A DNA stretch of 64,000 nt from Squalus acanthias (taxonomy: Eukaryota): NCBI GenBank assembly GCA_030390025.1, contig CM059431.1:118670001-118734000 (forward strand), read 5' to 3'. A model generated the notes under the pieces. The model ran no database searches, had not been told where the DNA came from, and saw only the letters and a program-made list of their open reading frames with translations. Of the stretch, positions 51,838 to 64,000 are shown one piece after another; position 1 is the first letter of the stretch, and the number at the start of each line of letters is the position of its first letter. Position numbers and translations under genes: made by a program.

Positions 51838-53494
51838 AATAAATGGTAGGATACTGAGAAGTATAGAGGAACAGAGGGACCTTGGAGTGCATGTCCACAG
51901 ATCCCTGAAGGTAGCAGGACAGGTAGATAAGGTGGTTAAGAAGGCGTATGGGATACTTTCCTTTATTAGCTGAGGCAAAGAATATAAGAGCATGGAGTTT
52001 ATGCTTGAACTGTATAAAACACTAGTTAGCCCACATTAGAGTACATTACAGGAAGAATGTGATTGCACTAAAGAGGGTACAGAGGAGATTTACGAGGATG
52101 TTGCCAGGACTGGAGAATTTTAGCTATGAGGAAAGGTTGGATAGGCTGGGGTTGATTCTTTGGAACAGAGGAGGCTGAGGGGAGACTTGATTGAGGTGTA
52201 TAAAATTATGAGGGGCCTGGGTAGGGTAGGTAGGATGGACCTATTTCCCTTAGCAGAGAGGTCAATAACCAGGGGGCATAGATTTAAAGTAATTGGTAGA
52301 AGGATTAGCGGGGAGTTCAGGAGAACTTTTTTCACCCAGAGGATAATGGGGACCTGGAACTCACTGCCTGAAAGGATGGTAGAGGCAGAAACCCTCAGCG
52401 CATTTAACAAGTACTTGGATATGCACTTGAGTTGCTGCAACCTACAAAGCTACAGACCAAGAGCTGGAAAGTGTGGTTAGGCTGGATAGCTCATTTTTGG
52501 CCAGCACAGACACGATGGGCTGAATGGCCTCCTTCTGTGATGTAAATTTCTATGACTTCTATTATTCTATGAAAGACCCATGTTCAATCTTTAGCCTGTG
52601 CTGATCTCAGCTAAGACAAAGTTTGTGGCAGAACGATTTGCCTCAGTGAGGATTATTTCACCCCCCAAAATGGATGGGTTTGTGTCAAATTTCAAATCCG
52701 CACCAATCACGCCTCAAACCTGTCCACTTTACAGCACTGCTTGTGGGCCAGGATGAGCAGGATTATTTTCTCCTGGCCCAACATGCTACCCTGTAAACCC
52801 TCCCGTGATCTGTCCAACCCCCCACCTCCACAATCGCCGACTCCCCGATACCCCGACCCCAACCATCACCTACACCCCCATGATCTCACCCCTCCATGAC
52901 CACGCTGTACCCCCATGATCTCACCCCTCCATGACCACGCTGTACCCCCTGCAACCATATCTAACCACCCCAACCACGCTCTAGACCCACCACAATCTCT
53001 CCCCCTGCCCCCCCCACCCCAACACTACACCTACTTGTTCCTCCACCTCGTCCTTCTGCTGCAGGCTTTCCTGCCTGAGGTGTTGATCGACAGGCTGCCT
53101 GTCGGGCGGGAAACCATACTTCCAGGTTTCCCATCCTTAAATCCTCAACCCGCTCTGTACTTGCAGCCCCGTAAGTATCGGGGCCAGTGTCTCGGATCTA
53201 CAGAGAAGAAAAATCAGCCAACATGCCTGCTTTTGATTGCTATTCATTAACCTCGGTTGCAAAGTACATTTACATGTATGTTGGGTAAAGGTACGATCAT
53301 ACTCCTCTCTATGTGCTCCAGCAGTCAATAGCACACTACCATTCACTGTCTAGGCTCACACATGAAGAATGCCCACTTTGATGAGCTACCAGAGAGTTGC
53401 TGGTGCTTGTGAAACTGTGTCCTATGACGAGTCAATGGGCCTGAAAATCCTTGGTCTGTGATCCTGATGGTTATGCTGGCATATTATAGATTAT

Positions 53495-54392
53495 GGGGTA
53501 AAAATTCACTTGGTTGCGCCACCCGTTAGCGCCTTAAGAGGGCGCTAATGGGGCGCAAAGCCGCTAACGCCCGGGCGCAGCGATGTTTGCGCCGCTCGAG
53601 AACTTAACTTGAGATTGTGCGGCGGCGCTAAAACTTACCGCTGCGACCACCTGCGCGCGCAGATTGTGACGTCATTCCATGGTGCAACGCCCTTGGGGCG
53701 CCCCGTAGCGGAAATTGAGTGGCGCCCCCTGCCTTACCGCCTGGCGCTTCCAACGACCAGAAGACTGGAACGCTATCAATCGCTGTGGGGCTGGGGGGGG
53801 GGGGGCGCTATTTAAAGGGGGCCTCTTCCTGTCTTTTATTGTTGGTGGCATTTTTGAACTACGCATTCTGAGAGAGAGAGGGAGAGACTTCTGGAGAGAT
53901 TCAACGTTGTGTGAAGGAGTTTTGGGTACTGAGCAGCACTTTGCAGGTTCATTTTGATTTGCCATTCCTTGTATCGATTTAGCAGAGACCGTGGGAGCTG
54001 CACTCTGAGCTCTTTGCCTGGTGCTCTCCATTGTTCTTTCCAGCACATTTGATGTGCAAGTCTCTCCAGGCCGAGATTCAAGGCAGCAATGAACAGGATG
54101 TGGATGGAAAGCAAGATTAACCATCCCCTTTAAGAACTGGCCCGTGCCATTGTGTGTGTGTTCCATTGCTGACTGACATTACATGAGCTTCGCCAGCGCT
54201 CCGAGTTAGCGCCTCACTGCTCGGCCTTTGCGCCTTAAGAGAGGTGTGCAGCGCCTGCTTTAGCGCTCCACTCACCTCCCGGGGCGGTAAAAGTGAAGTT
54301 TCCCATCAGTGCCGATAATTAGCGCCAGGCGCTAATATTTGCGTCCGGACGATATTTGCGCCCCAAATGGGGCGCAACCTAATTTCTACCCC
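53495..54392. mobile_element. Harbinger-type MITE with CpG-rich arms
   Basis: GGGGTAAAAATT / AATTTCTACCCC; TSD TAT. Confidence 0.85.
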
Positions 54393-54704
54393 TATATGTT
54401 CAAGTCTCAGGAGTAGGGCTTGAACTTATGACTTTCTCCTCAGAGCCGAGTGCCGCCACTGAGTCGAGGCCGTCCATCAGAGGAACAGAAAGTTTGGAGT
54501 TTATGGGGTTGTAGGGCGAGTGGAGGTTACACAGATACAGAAGGGTGAGGCTATGAATAAATTTTAACATGAGGATGAGAATTTTAAATTTGAAGCTTTG
54601 GGAGAGAGAGAGCTGTTGACAACTGGAACTCGGTTAATTCAGCTTCTGGAAGGTGTTCATGATTTGTTCATTCGATAGGGGAAAAAAATGTGGTTGTTAT
54701 CATT

Positions 54705-54737
<33 letters not shown>

Positions 54738-55078
54738 CAGATTTCACTTAGCAACAGCTGGTGTTTGCAACCAACCGGCCTTGGATAGAATAGAATAGAA
54801 TGTTTAGATTAGAAATATTATGTCAGGAGAAGAAAGTCTAGAGACTGGAAGATACCACAGCAAGGCCACGATGTTTTTGTGTGCTTCTAATGTTGTTGAT
54901 GAATGTTGAAGAAAATGCAGACTTGTGTCGCTGGACTATGCAGTAGCCAGAGATGACCATATTAGGCAATACCTGCTCCAGTTTGATAAGAAAACAGTGT
55001 ATAAATGTCAGCTTTTTCCTTTGTTCAGAGAGCACAGAAAGACCCATGTCTAGGTTTGCATGCTCTATCTGTGACTAT

Positions 55079-58000
55079 TGTAAGGGCTCACGGACTGGTG
55101 CGAGGTGAGGCTTTCGTTGCCTATACTATTGCTTGCTCTAGTCTCCGGCCAGACTTTTGCAATAAGCACCTGTGAGTGGTTCGACCCACTCGCCCTTACG
55201 GTTCTGACACCTGGACTTAGATGCAAGGAGCAGTAATGCAGAGAAAAAGACTCAAATAGACCTGGTTGAACAGCACGAAATGAATGTCTTTATTGCATGG
55301 CGTCTAAAATCATGAAATACATGTCATAGGCGCAGATCAAAGAGAGTACCAGTATACACACGTTCATAAAACTTGGTCTCTGGAAATGGGGAATACACGA
55401 CACATCGTAAAAGGGGGAACACATTATACATTAACCTTAGAAAACCACCCTCCCTTAATATGCCTAAACTACGTCTGGATTTGTAGGATCGGAAAACATG
55501 CTCATCACTCGGCTCACTTCGGAAATTTTAAATGAGGCACTCAGCTCGTTTCGCTGCAGCGCCTGACTGTCACGTGGTTGTAAGGGTTTCTGCACCCCAC
55601 TTGTTTACTCTCGCTGCTGCGAAAGGTAAGCCAGATTCCCTGATGTCATGAAGTGGTCGATGGATTCAGACCGGATCGTGGAGTAGTCCGTAGAATTCAA
55701 AGAAAACGGTTCATGTAGTAGTCTGTAGAATTCAAAGATGGATTCTGTCGTTATATCTTCGGGCGCGGTCGGGGTTTACTGACCGCGGCGGCAGGTGGAA
55801 TTTCTTCTCGTCTTTCTTCTTGTTTTTCTTCTGGTTACTCGGGCCTCTGGGTCCGGACACCGTTTACCGACGCTCGGGATGGTGTACCCTGTTACCTGCC
55901 CTGTCGAGGCGGCTCGTTCCGATTGAGCTCCACCCAACACTCGAATAACCGACCGGCACAGCGAAGAGTCAAGAGCCAAGAGAGTCCGAGAGAGTCCAGC
56001 CTGAGCGAGAGAGTCAAGAGCCCAGAGTCAAGGAAGAGACCGATGGACATTTGTTCCCTATAGTTATACTGCCTTGTCCGCCTTATCTCCCACTGTAGAA
56101 TTCGCAATATATCGCGATTTTATAAATAAGGAGAAAAACACATAGTTTCGTTCAAACAGCTTTTATTTCAGCAGAATGCTGTCAGGTTTTCAAAGTGGAC
56201 ACAAGCAGCCTGTAAAATGGCCGCCGCACCTCGTGGCGGAACATTCTAGACTTTTCGACAGACAGACAAGATGGCGTTCCAATAAACATTTGTGCAAGAT
56301 CGATTAAGATTCAGCACATTGAAGATAATACACGAGACATCATGGGTTTGCAGTATACACATAGATACTGAAATCGGTCTCCCGGGTACGAATAAAGGCT
56401 ATTGTACCAAGTAATCAAGGGCCCATCCAAAGACATTAATATGTAAAATCCCAACGACTCTACGATGAGAGAGCCGTTAGCGGGTAGTTACAGAAGACAC
56501 TTGGAAGCCCCAAAACCCCTCCAGGGAGAACACCGACCGATTTAACAATGGGAGAAAAATTAACAGGTACTCAGACATTTACGAGTAGCCCCGAAACCCA
56601 TTAAAAACGGAGATCACCTATACAAGACATTTGAGCGCCAAACCCAAACAAAAGAAAAGGCATTAAGGTTGGGCGGGAAACGGAAGATTTTGTACTATAA
56701 TTACAAGCTCCAACCGTCCATCTTTCTCTTATCCGATTGACTCTTATCCTCGTGGCTGCTCCTGTGTTCTTGACTCGCCGTCTTGTTCCTGCTTGCCTGG
56801 TGTCTCTTTTAAAAGACTGTTGAACTTTGTGATCCGTTCGGATCTACCTCGTGTCGTGTCACGAAGACCTATGTTGGTAACCGGCATCGGAACCAAAGGC
56901 CCGAGAAGAGATGAGATGAGATGAGAAGAGACGAAGACCATACTTATCGCCACGGTCAGTAAGCCCCGACCGCGCCTGTAGGTCGAATAGACATTTCTCC
57001 TTGCCAGGAAGACTTCTTTGAACTTTAAAGAACGGACCCCGGAAGGTTCTTCTTTGAGATATTGACTGATCTGTGAAACCCATCAGGGTAGATCCTCATG
57101 ACGGACACCGAGAGATTATTCTCTTAAGTGTTGACTGGTACGTGAAACCAACCAACAGAGATCTTCATAACAACAGACGTTCCAGCCTGCTAGCCGGAGC
57201 AGAAGCAAGTAAACAAGTGGGGCCAGGAGACCCCCTGATCGACACGTGGGTGCTGCGGTGAAAACATCCGATCAGCTATTCGGAATTTCTCCGAGTTATC
57301 ACGAGTGGTGAGCATGAGTCTCGAATCCTACGAATCTAGCTAGGACAGATATTGATAGGGGAGGGTTTAAGTATTAAGGATACTTGTAATGTGTGCCCCC
57401 ATTTACGGTGTGTCGTTCGTTCCTCGTTTCCCTAGAATTAGCTACATAACTGCGTGTAAGATTGTACTGTCATTAATCTGTGCTTATGACATGTATTTCG
57501 TAATCTTAAATATTATGCAATAAAGATTTTTCCATTTCGTACCATTCAACCGAGTCTACATGAGTTTCATCTCCATTACTGCTCTCGCATCTAAGTCCAG
57601 TGTCTAGAACCGTAAGGGCGAGTGATTCGAACCACTCACAGGTGTGTCTAGTGTTCCCAGACTGGCTGGAGACCAGAACAGGCAACAAGGCCTAAACCCG
57701 CACTGACATACAGGCTGCACAGAGCCGCGCGAATCTCACAGGCTGAGAGACACGCACGCAAACCCTTACACCACTCAAATCTAAACATTTATTCTTTGTG
57801 TGATTTTGGCGCCCAAAACTCCCAGCATGGGGTGATTATCTTCTTAACGGGTTTCGGTAACACCTGAAACTGGCCAACTATCCGTTAATACCTTCTCCAT
57901 TGTTGAGCCAGCCAGGATGTGTATGAATCGTCTCCTCGACTGGTTTTGGGGCCCCCCGAATACTGGCTTAATCACCCGCCAATGTCTCTCTCATTGTTGA

Positions 58001-58362
58001 GCCGGGGGGGTATTTGTGTATTGATGTGTCTGGATGGGTTCTCGATGGCCCAGTTCAATTATCCTTACTGTGCGTATGAAACGATTCCAGCATTTATATC
58101 ATTGTTATTGTCCAGGGTGCAAACGGGTTGCATCCTGCTTTTTCAATGTGTACCGAGTATGATCCGATCTCATACTGAATGTATATTCGACGCCATCTTG
58201 TCTGCCCACTGTGTCTCTGGAAGCTTCTGCCACGATGCGCGGCGGCCATTTTACAGGCTTCTGTGTCCTTTATTATCAGGACAGCATTCCGTTTAATAAA
58301 AATGATCAATTGAACCTGCTTCTCTCATATTATTTGAATCGCGATAATTGCGAAACTCTACA
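55079..58362 (-). mobile_element. Solo LTR, long family copy 2 (55079-56093 + 57775-58362)
   Basis: TG...CA, TSD CTAT; ~1603 bp net; colinear with 3608-5223. Confidence 0.9.
56094..57770 (+). mobile_element. Solo LTR, long family copy 3 (1677 bp), inverted inside copy 2
   Basis: TG...CA, TSD CCAC; GC box 56671, TATAAT 56696, AATAAA 57519. Confidence 0.9.
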
Positions 58363-58481
58363 CTATACTCCGCTTATAAATTACTTTTTCTACTGAAGTT
58401 AAAGAAGAAAATGATTATAACCAGAAGACTGAATTTGTTACTGCTCAAGTGAAGAAACTGAACACTGTTTTAAGACAACAT

Positions 58482-58499
58482 TGGTGAGCCAGCCAGGAC
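58482..58499 (+). promoter_or_regulatory. Primer-binding site, tRNA-Arg(ACG)
   Basis: TGGTGAGCCAGCCAGGAC, 16/18 to the complement of the vertebrate tRNA-Arg(ACG) 3' end as recalled (TGGCGAGCCAGCCAGGAG), one base after the LTR CA. Confidence 0.8.
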
Positions 58500-60081
58500 C
58501 TAATCCTGTTGCTGTTTGAAAACTGGGGGTGTCGAAACGGGACTGAAGTCAAACCTCAACCATCAAGAACTAAATCGTGAATGAGCTCTGGGGCAGGAGG
58601 TAGACTACTTACGCCAACGACAAACCAAGGCGACACAGCAGGATTCAGGATAAAAGAACCTATCAATTTGATAATGGAGTATAGCAGATAAAAAGTTATA
58701 TGGTGTTTTAACATGACAGTGGCTGAAGGACCACTGTACCAATCATATAGTCCTTAGTCTCTTATAGGCATCATAGAAAGGGGGAGGTTTTAGTATGGAA
58801 ATTGGGGACTGATCGGCTCTAATAAAGGCTGAGTCTAAGAAAGAGAGGGCTGAACAGGTAACAGCTGTAAAAATAAACAATAATAAAGGAATATTATCGT
58901 GGATGTTGTGGGCAGAAGGTTAAGTCCCAAAGCACACTCAGAAAGGACTTTTTGAGGAGGGCAACAGTGACCCTTACAGGGACCTTACGATGAAGTGTGA
59001 TAAAGGCCGAGTCCAAGAAGGAGAGGGCCAAATAGGTAACAGCTGTAAAAATAAAATGTTAAATGATAACGAAGTACCCTCATGGAGGGCAGAAGATTAC
59101 AAAGGCAGGCAGTTGTTACACTATGCAGCACACAACGTGGCGACATAAAGGTTAGCAAATATCAGAGAGATGAAAGAGAGAGGGGAAAAAGATGCCAGCA
59201 GCTGGAAACCAGGAATGGTAATCTAAGCTGTGTGCTAACCAAACTCCAGGCTCAGACTCTAAAGGCAGAAGTAGAAAGATTAAAAAACAAATTGGGTGCT
59301 GTACAGGCAGAACGGAAATTAGCCGCCAACCAAAAGTTGGAGATGCACCATTTATGCGCCCAGCTGCAGAGTTCTTCAGAAACAATAGCTAAGATGCAGG
59401 GACAATTGAAGGATAACAAAATAGCTTATCGAGAACCACAGAATTTGTCGCAGGAAAACAAGGTTAGCGAGGTGGTAAGGCAAAGGAGAGACGGGGAAGA
59501 GCAGAGGACAAGAGAAAGAATAAAGAATTAAAGGTTAGAGTGGCAGCCTTGACTGTCGGCACTTACGATGATGAGGATGATCCAGTCCTCCCAACAGTGC
59601 CCCCACAGTCCAGAAGACCACTGAAGGTGGCGGTCTCTAATGCCAAGCAGGGAGAACATGATGCTTCTAGTATCAGTACTAATGTAGGGATTGTCGACAA
59701 TTATACCCAGTCTAAAACAGTAGATAGTACGGGGGTACACAGGCGTGTTAAGATGGCCCCCATGGTTACCAAACACCTGCACACAGGAGGGACAATAAAC
59801 AGGGAAATTAAGTAGTACATGAATACAAAGATAAAGAAGCAAGTCGGGATCTGACCCTTTCAGAATTATACCAACTCTGTGGCCAATTGCCCAAATGTGA
59901 GGGAATAGGAGACCCAACTCAGTTATGAAGTAAAGTTCGATTGCTGCAGCAGGCAGACAGATGCCTTGACAGATGAGGATGCTTTTCTACTGCTGCAGGC
60001 TGCCTTACCTCCAGGTGTGACATTGCCAGAGAAGTTTGTGGTGTAAATAGTAGTTAATAAAACCCCTGGGTTGAACACTTG

Positions 60082-60770
60082 GGGGGGGGGGGGGGTAAAT
60101 TGGGGGGCGCTAACGTCGCCAGGTGCTAACTTTGCCCCCAAAAGGTTACCGCCCCTCCCCCGTAAGTTCAGTAGTAGCGCCCGAAGAAGGAGGCGGGGCG
60201 CTACTGGAAGTGCTCCACCTCCTTATTTGTGGTGCTACTACTCAATGTCACGGTGCTACATGCAGCTGTGCCACGCGCGGCGGCACATAGCACCATGTCA
60301 TTCTAGGCCTCCTCCCCGATTAAAGGGGAGGGGCCTAGCGCTGCACTAACCGGGGCCCTGCTGGACCACCGGGGAGCGGGGTGCCGTGGAAACAACCTGG
60401 CACTCAAGAGGAATGCGGGGCTGAGCGATCGCAGCCGGCTCCCCGCGTAAAATTGTTAAAGGTGGGCAGGTGCTGGCAGTCGGCAAAAATAAAAATGGAC
60501 GCCCGACACCTGCCCTTTAAGTAGTGCCGCCACATGCTACCGCTGCTGCAAAACCGCCCCCAATCCTGTCGGTCCCATCGCCCAGCCATAGTTCAGGGGG
60601 CGCAAGGGAAGTTTGCGGCCGGGGCGCAAATGGGGTGCTGCGCACGGCGATGACGTTATCATTGCCGGCGGAACAGGGCACTACCGGCTACCACCGCCGC
60701 TAACCTCCCGCTGAACTTTGCGCCGCTGGAGGCGCTAACAAGAGGCTCAAAGCAATCCAATTTCTCCCCC
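60082..60770. mobile_element. Harbinger-type MITE in the gag region
   Basis: G-run+GTAAATTGG / CCAATTTCTCCCCC; TSD TTG. Confidence 0.8.
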
Positions 60771-61670
60771 TTGATGTGTAACAAAAGGGGTTAGGAAAAG
60801 GAGAAAGAAGTTAAAAAGTCCACTGCCAAAGTTAAAGAAATAGGATTGCTGTGAGGAAGAAATAGGATAAGTGTCTTCAGCATGTTTTGTTTTCATTTTT
60901 AAAAAAGGGATACATTTTCCGAGAGTGTGTGTGAATGTTTCTTGGCTCGCAACTGGGGAATATCACACTTTTGGTACTTTGAGTTCATAGCCCATTGCAG
61001 GGATCAATAGAAGGAAACATAGTGGAGACTGGTCACCTCCAATTGGGGCTAAGTCCAAAGGGGAAAGAACCAGAGATAAGAAATCAGTGTTGTTTTTGTG
61101 GAATAAAATGTCCAAGAAGTGGTTCGCTTAAAACTTGGGCCAAATGGGAATGTTTTAAAGATATTCTGATAATATTATATTAGACAGTCAAGTTCCTCCG
61201 GGGCTCATGAATGAAATGGTGAATACTGTATAAAATTGAATGAGAGGAATTGAGTGAGGATATAAGATGAAAACATGAAAATTAGATCACCAATTTTTTT
61301 TAAATCATTGTTCTTAGGTGAATTGACATAAATCACCTGGGTGCAATCTGGTATTAATGTAAATTCTTGTGAAAGTCAGGGAGGAGTAATAAATTGATAA
61401 GCTTTCTCTTCGAGATGTTTGTGTCATTGCCTATACCAAACAATAAGAAAACTGAGTTTGATAGCCTGGCCACTATCCGAGACATCAGGACCAGGCAGAC
61501 GGAGATGAGCAAAGATCTCCAGATACCCCATGATCTTTTGATAAGATCACCTGAAAGGCCGAGAATGGCTTGGAACAGATCTCACGTGTGGCATAATATT
61601 GGGATACGTCTGTGTGTGTACAAACAGGTCTCAGACATGCTCAGTTATCGACAACAGCACAACATGAAAT

Positions 61671-61970
61671 GGCTAATGTGGCTCAGGAGAGGGAGACAAC
61701 TTTTTAAATCGTCAAGGCCATGACACATTCTCCATAGAGAAACCGACTTTGAAATAATCAGGATAGAGTTAAATACACTGCTACCTGTCAGAGGGATTAA
61801 AATTAAAAGTAAAGAGAATGGGCTAATGTGGCTCAGGAGAGAGAGGTAACTTTTTAAATCATTAAGACCTTGACACATTCTCCATAGAGAAACCGACTTT
61901 GAAATAACCAGGATAGAGTTAAACACACTGCTACCTGTCAGAGGGATTAAAATTAAAAGTAAAGAGAATG
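61671..61970. repeat. Tandem duplication, 2 x 150 bp
   Basis: GGCTAATGTGGCTCAGG...AAAGAGAATG at 61671 and 61821. Confidence 0.9.
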
Positions 61971-62386
61971 CTGATCAAATTAGGATTTCCTTCCAGCTAG
62001 AATGGTCGTAGGTTTCAAGGCCTCCACTAAGTACTGAAAAACAAAAGCTTGTAGGGAGGCTAAAACCAAAAAAATCAGGGAGGCCGAGCCACCGAGGCCT
62101 GACTCTGTCTGGACACGGTGGCCATGGTTGTATACAAATGAGCTACAAGTTGAAGGTGGGAGACAAGGAGGTCATACCTTACAGGTCCCATAACAACACA
62201 TGGATCCAAGTGAGAGTGACCTCCATGAGGAAGCAGAGGACCTCAAAAGGGTTAGGTTTAGAATCAGTAATAAACCGAGGTATAGCCTCTCAAAAGCATA
62301 ATTTCAGTGGTAATAGAGAAAGAACCCTAAAGCGGGCTCCTTGGGAATATTGGGAGTCCCGTATGCGGGAGACCAGGAAGACTCCC

Positions 62387-64000
62387 TGTGATATTTGAGA
62401 CATAGCATATATATTCACAACAGCACAATATGGCTTCCGGTAAGAACTGTACTGCATATGGCTTTATTATTATATATATCAGTAGTCCACCAGGTGGCTC
62501 TATTACACTTCTCACTCCTTATTGAAGAAGTTAATCACAGCAAATAATCATTGTGCATGACTTGCGTGGTATACACAACTCTTGGTATACATTTCTCAAA
62601 TGGAACCCATTTTATGTTTCCAAATTCTACTTGAGAATTCTGTAACACAAACAAAAGATATGAACTTATTTTCCATATTTACAGATTAAACTTAACCACT
62701 GGTTACCTTCTTTCTTGAACAGAACTTTCAGATCTTGTTGTAAGACTTTGACTCATTCTAGGCTGAGCCTGTGGAGAATGTTTCTCCAAGGGCTGACCTT
62801 GATCTACATTTGGACTCTTTACACTTTCAGACTGTTTGTCTGCCTGACTTGGGCTCAGACTTAAATTCTGACTTTGTCTTGGACTTGTTTCTGGTACGTC
62901 TGATGTAGGATTTGCTACTGGTACTCTACTTGTAACAAGACTATCTGACTCACCAGAATAAATTGAATCATCCCAGCTTTCAACTCCTTCCACATCTGTA
63001 GGTAAGATATGATCAATGTAAACAAACCTAAACTTTCCATAATCAAAAATCTTGACCAAATATGTGTGAGGGCCACATATCTTCACTACTCTTCCTGGTA
63101 ACCACTTTAACCATTTATGGTGATGATTCTTCACTCTAACCTTCTGGTTCAACTTCACACTTATGTCTCTAACTCTACCTTTATCATGACTCTCTTTCTG
63201 CCTTGATTGTTTCTCTTCTACGGACTGTGCCAAGTTTGGCTTTAACAATGAGGACCTGGTTCGTGGCTGTCATTTGAGAAACAACTGAGTAATTGTATGA
63301 GAAGTATTTCGATAGGTAATCAGAAAATTTGCCAGTTTGTGGTCCAATGACGACTGACGTTTCTTTGGATTTGGATCCAACATTTGCTTGATGAGGGCAC
63401 GTTTGACAATTTGTACTGTATGCTCTGCTGCACCATTTGAAGCAGGGTGGTACGGTGGAACTTTGGTATGTTTCACACCTTTTCTGCTTATGAACTGTGT
63501 GAACTCTTCTGAACAAAATTGCGGCCCATTATGAGACACAATTTCTTCTGGGAAATCTACATGTAACCTTTGCTGCACTTTGGGAGGCCATTTCCATGGC
63601 TGTAATAGTACTGATGGTGGTTTCTTGCTCACCACTTGACATGTTGTACATTGACTGACTATGTACTCGATCACTTTACCTAAACCTGGACACCATAAGT
63701 AACTGCGTGCAAAGCTCTTGGTCAAGCACATTCCCAGGTGCTGGTCATGAAGATCTCTTAGCAATTTAGACCTGAACCTATTTGGGATAACCACTCTTCC
63801 TTCCCACATGATGCAATCTTTATCCACTGACAATTCATTCCTATGAACAAAGTATGGATGGATATCTTCCTCTGATACCTCGTTTGGCCATCTATTTGCT
63901 ATCTAATCATACACCTTTGCCATAATTGGATCACGTTTGGTTGCCCTACCAATCTCTCCAGCTGTGACTGGCAGCTCATCAATGTATGAGAAGTAGAACA
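62387..64000 (-). mobile_element. Ty3/Gypsy retrotransposon 3' part (integrase pseudogene, PPT, 121-bp 3' LTR 62387-62507)
   Basis: LHDQHLG...CTTC zinc finger, IVSHNGPQF, PPYHPASNGAAE, KWLPG..GP motifs; purine tract AAGGAGTGAGAAG before TGTAATA...ATATCACA. Confidence 0.9.

Larger units (their letters stand above)
47965..52570 (+). mobile_element. Long degenerate CR1 (SGNH esterase ORF1 + ORF2), with two insertions
   Basis: VIGDSIVRG, HIGTND and DRLHLN (ORF1); fragmented APE/RT; CR1 tail. Confidence 0.93.
54614..58480 (+). mobile_element. 5' LTR (~580 bp net) of a retrovirus-like element, split by nested solo LTRs
   Basis: TGTTG...CAACA ends; TATAAA at ~55000; PBS directly downstream. Confidence 0.7.
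58500..62386 (+). mobile_element. Degenerate internal region (gag/pro/pol remnants) of an ERV-like or LTR element
   Basis: Follows the PBS; coiled-coil gag-like ORF 59082..59531; protease-like remnant ~60940-61180 (WLATGEYHT ~ DTG motif); tether/RNase H-like remnants 61400-62300. Confidence 0.55.

Noticed and set aside
52873..52950. Short direct repeats resembling a CRISPR array
   Set aside because: Simple two-unit tandem duplication without spacers, in eukaryotic repeat DNA
57904..57917. Second tRNA-Arg PBS-like match TGAGCCAGCCAGGA
   Set aside because: Lies inside LTR copy 2, lacks the TGG start and LTR-end context, and differs in copy 1
57919..58296. Similar antisense ORFs in the LTRs (also 4876..5136), possible accessory gene
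   Set aside because: Middle parts are out of frame with each other; similarity is explained by conserved DNA motifs

Overview
Eukaryotic, repeat-saturated DNA, most likely from a cartilaginous fish (HE1-type V-SINEs, SacSINE1/Deu-type SINEs, CR1 LINEs with esterase ORF1, Penelope elements). No intact host gene is visible. The window holds: (1) a decayed multi-exon minus-strand gene of unrecognised family (~12.3-39.9 kb) whose splice phases still chain together although exons carry stops and TE insertions; (2) PIF/Harbinger transposons, including one full-length 4.0 kb copy with a spliced Myb/SANT gene convergent on the transposase, plus many MITEs; (3) many CR1 copies, one broken only by an 8-bp duplication; (4) Penelope fragments ending in minimal hammerhead ribozyme motifs; (5) a ~1.6 kb solo-LTR family with 4-bp TSDs, forming an LTR-in-LTR-in-LTR nest inside the 5' LTR of a tRNA-Arg-primed degenerate retrovirus-like element, which is also invaded by a MITE and a Gypsy element. 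All calls were read by eye; boundaries without TSD support are approximate.
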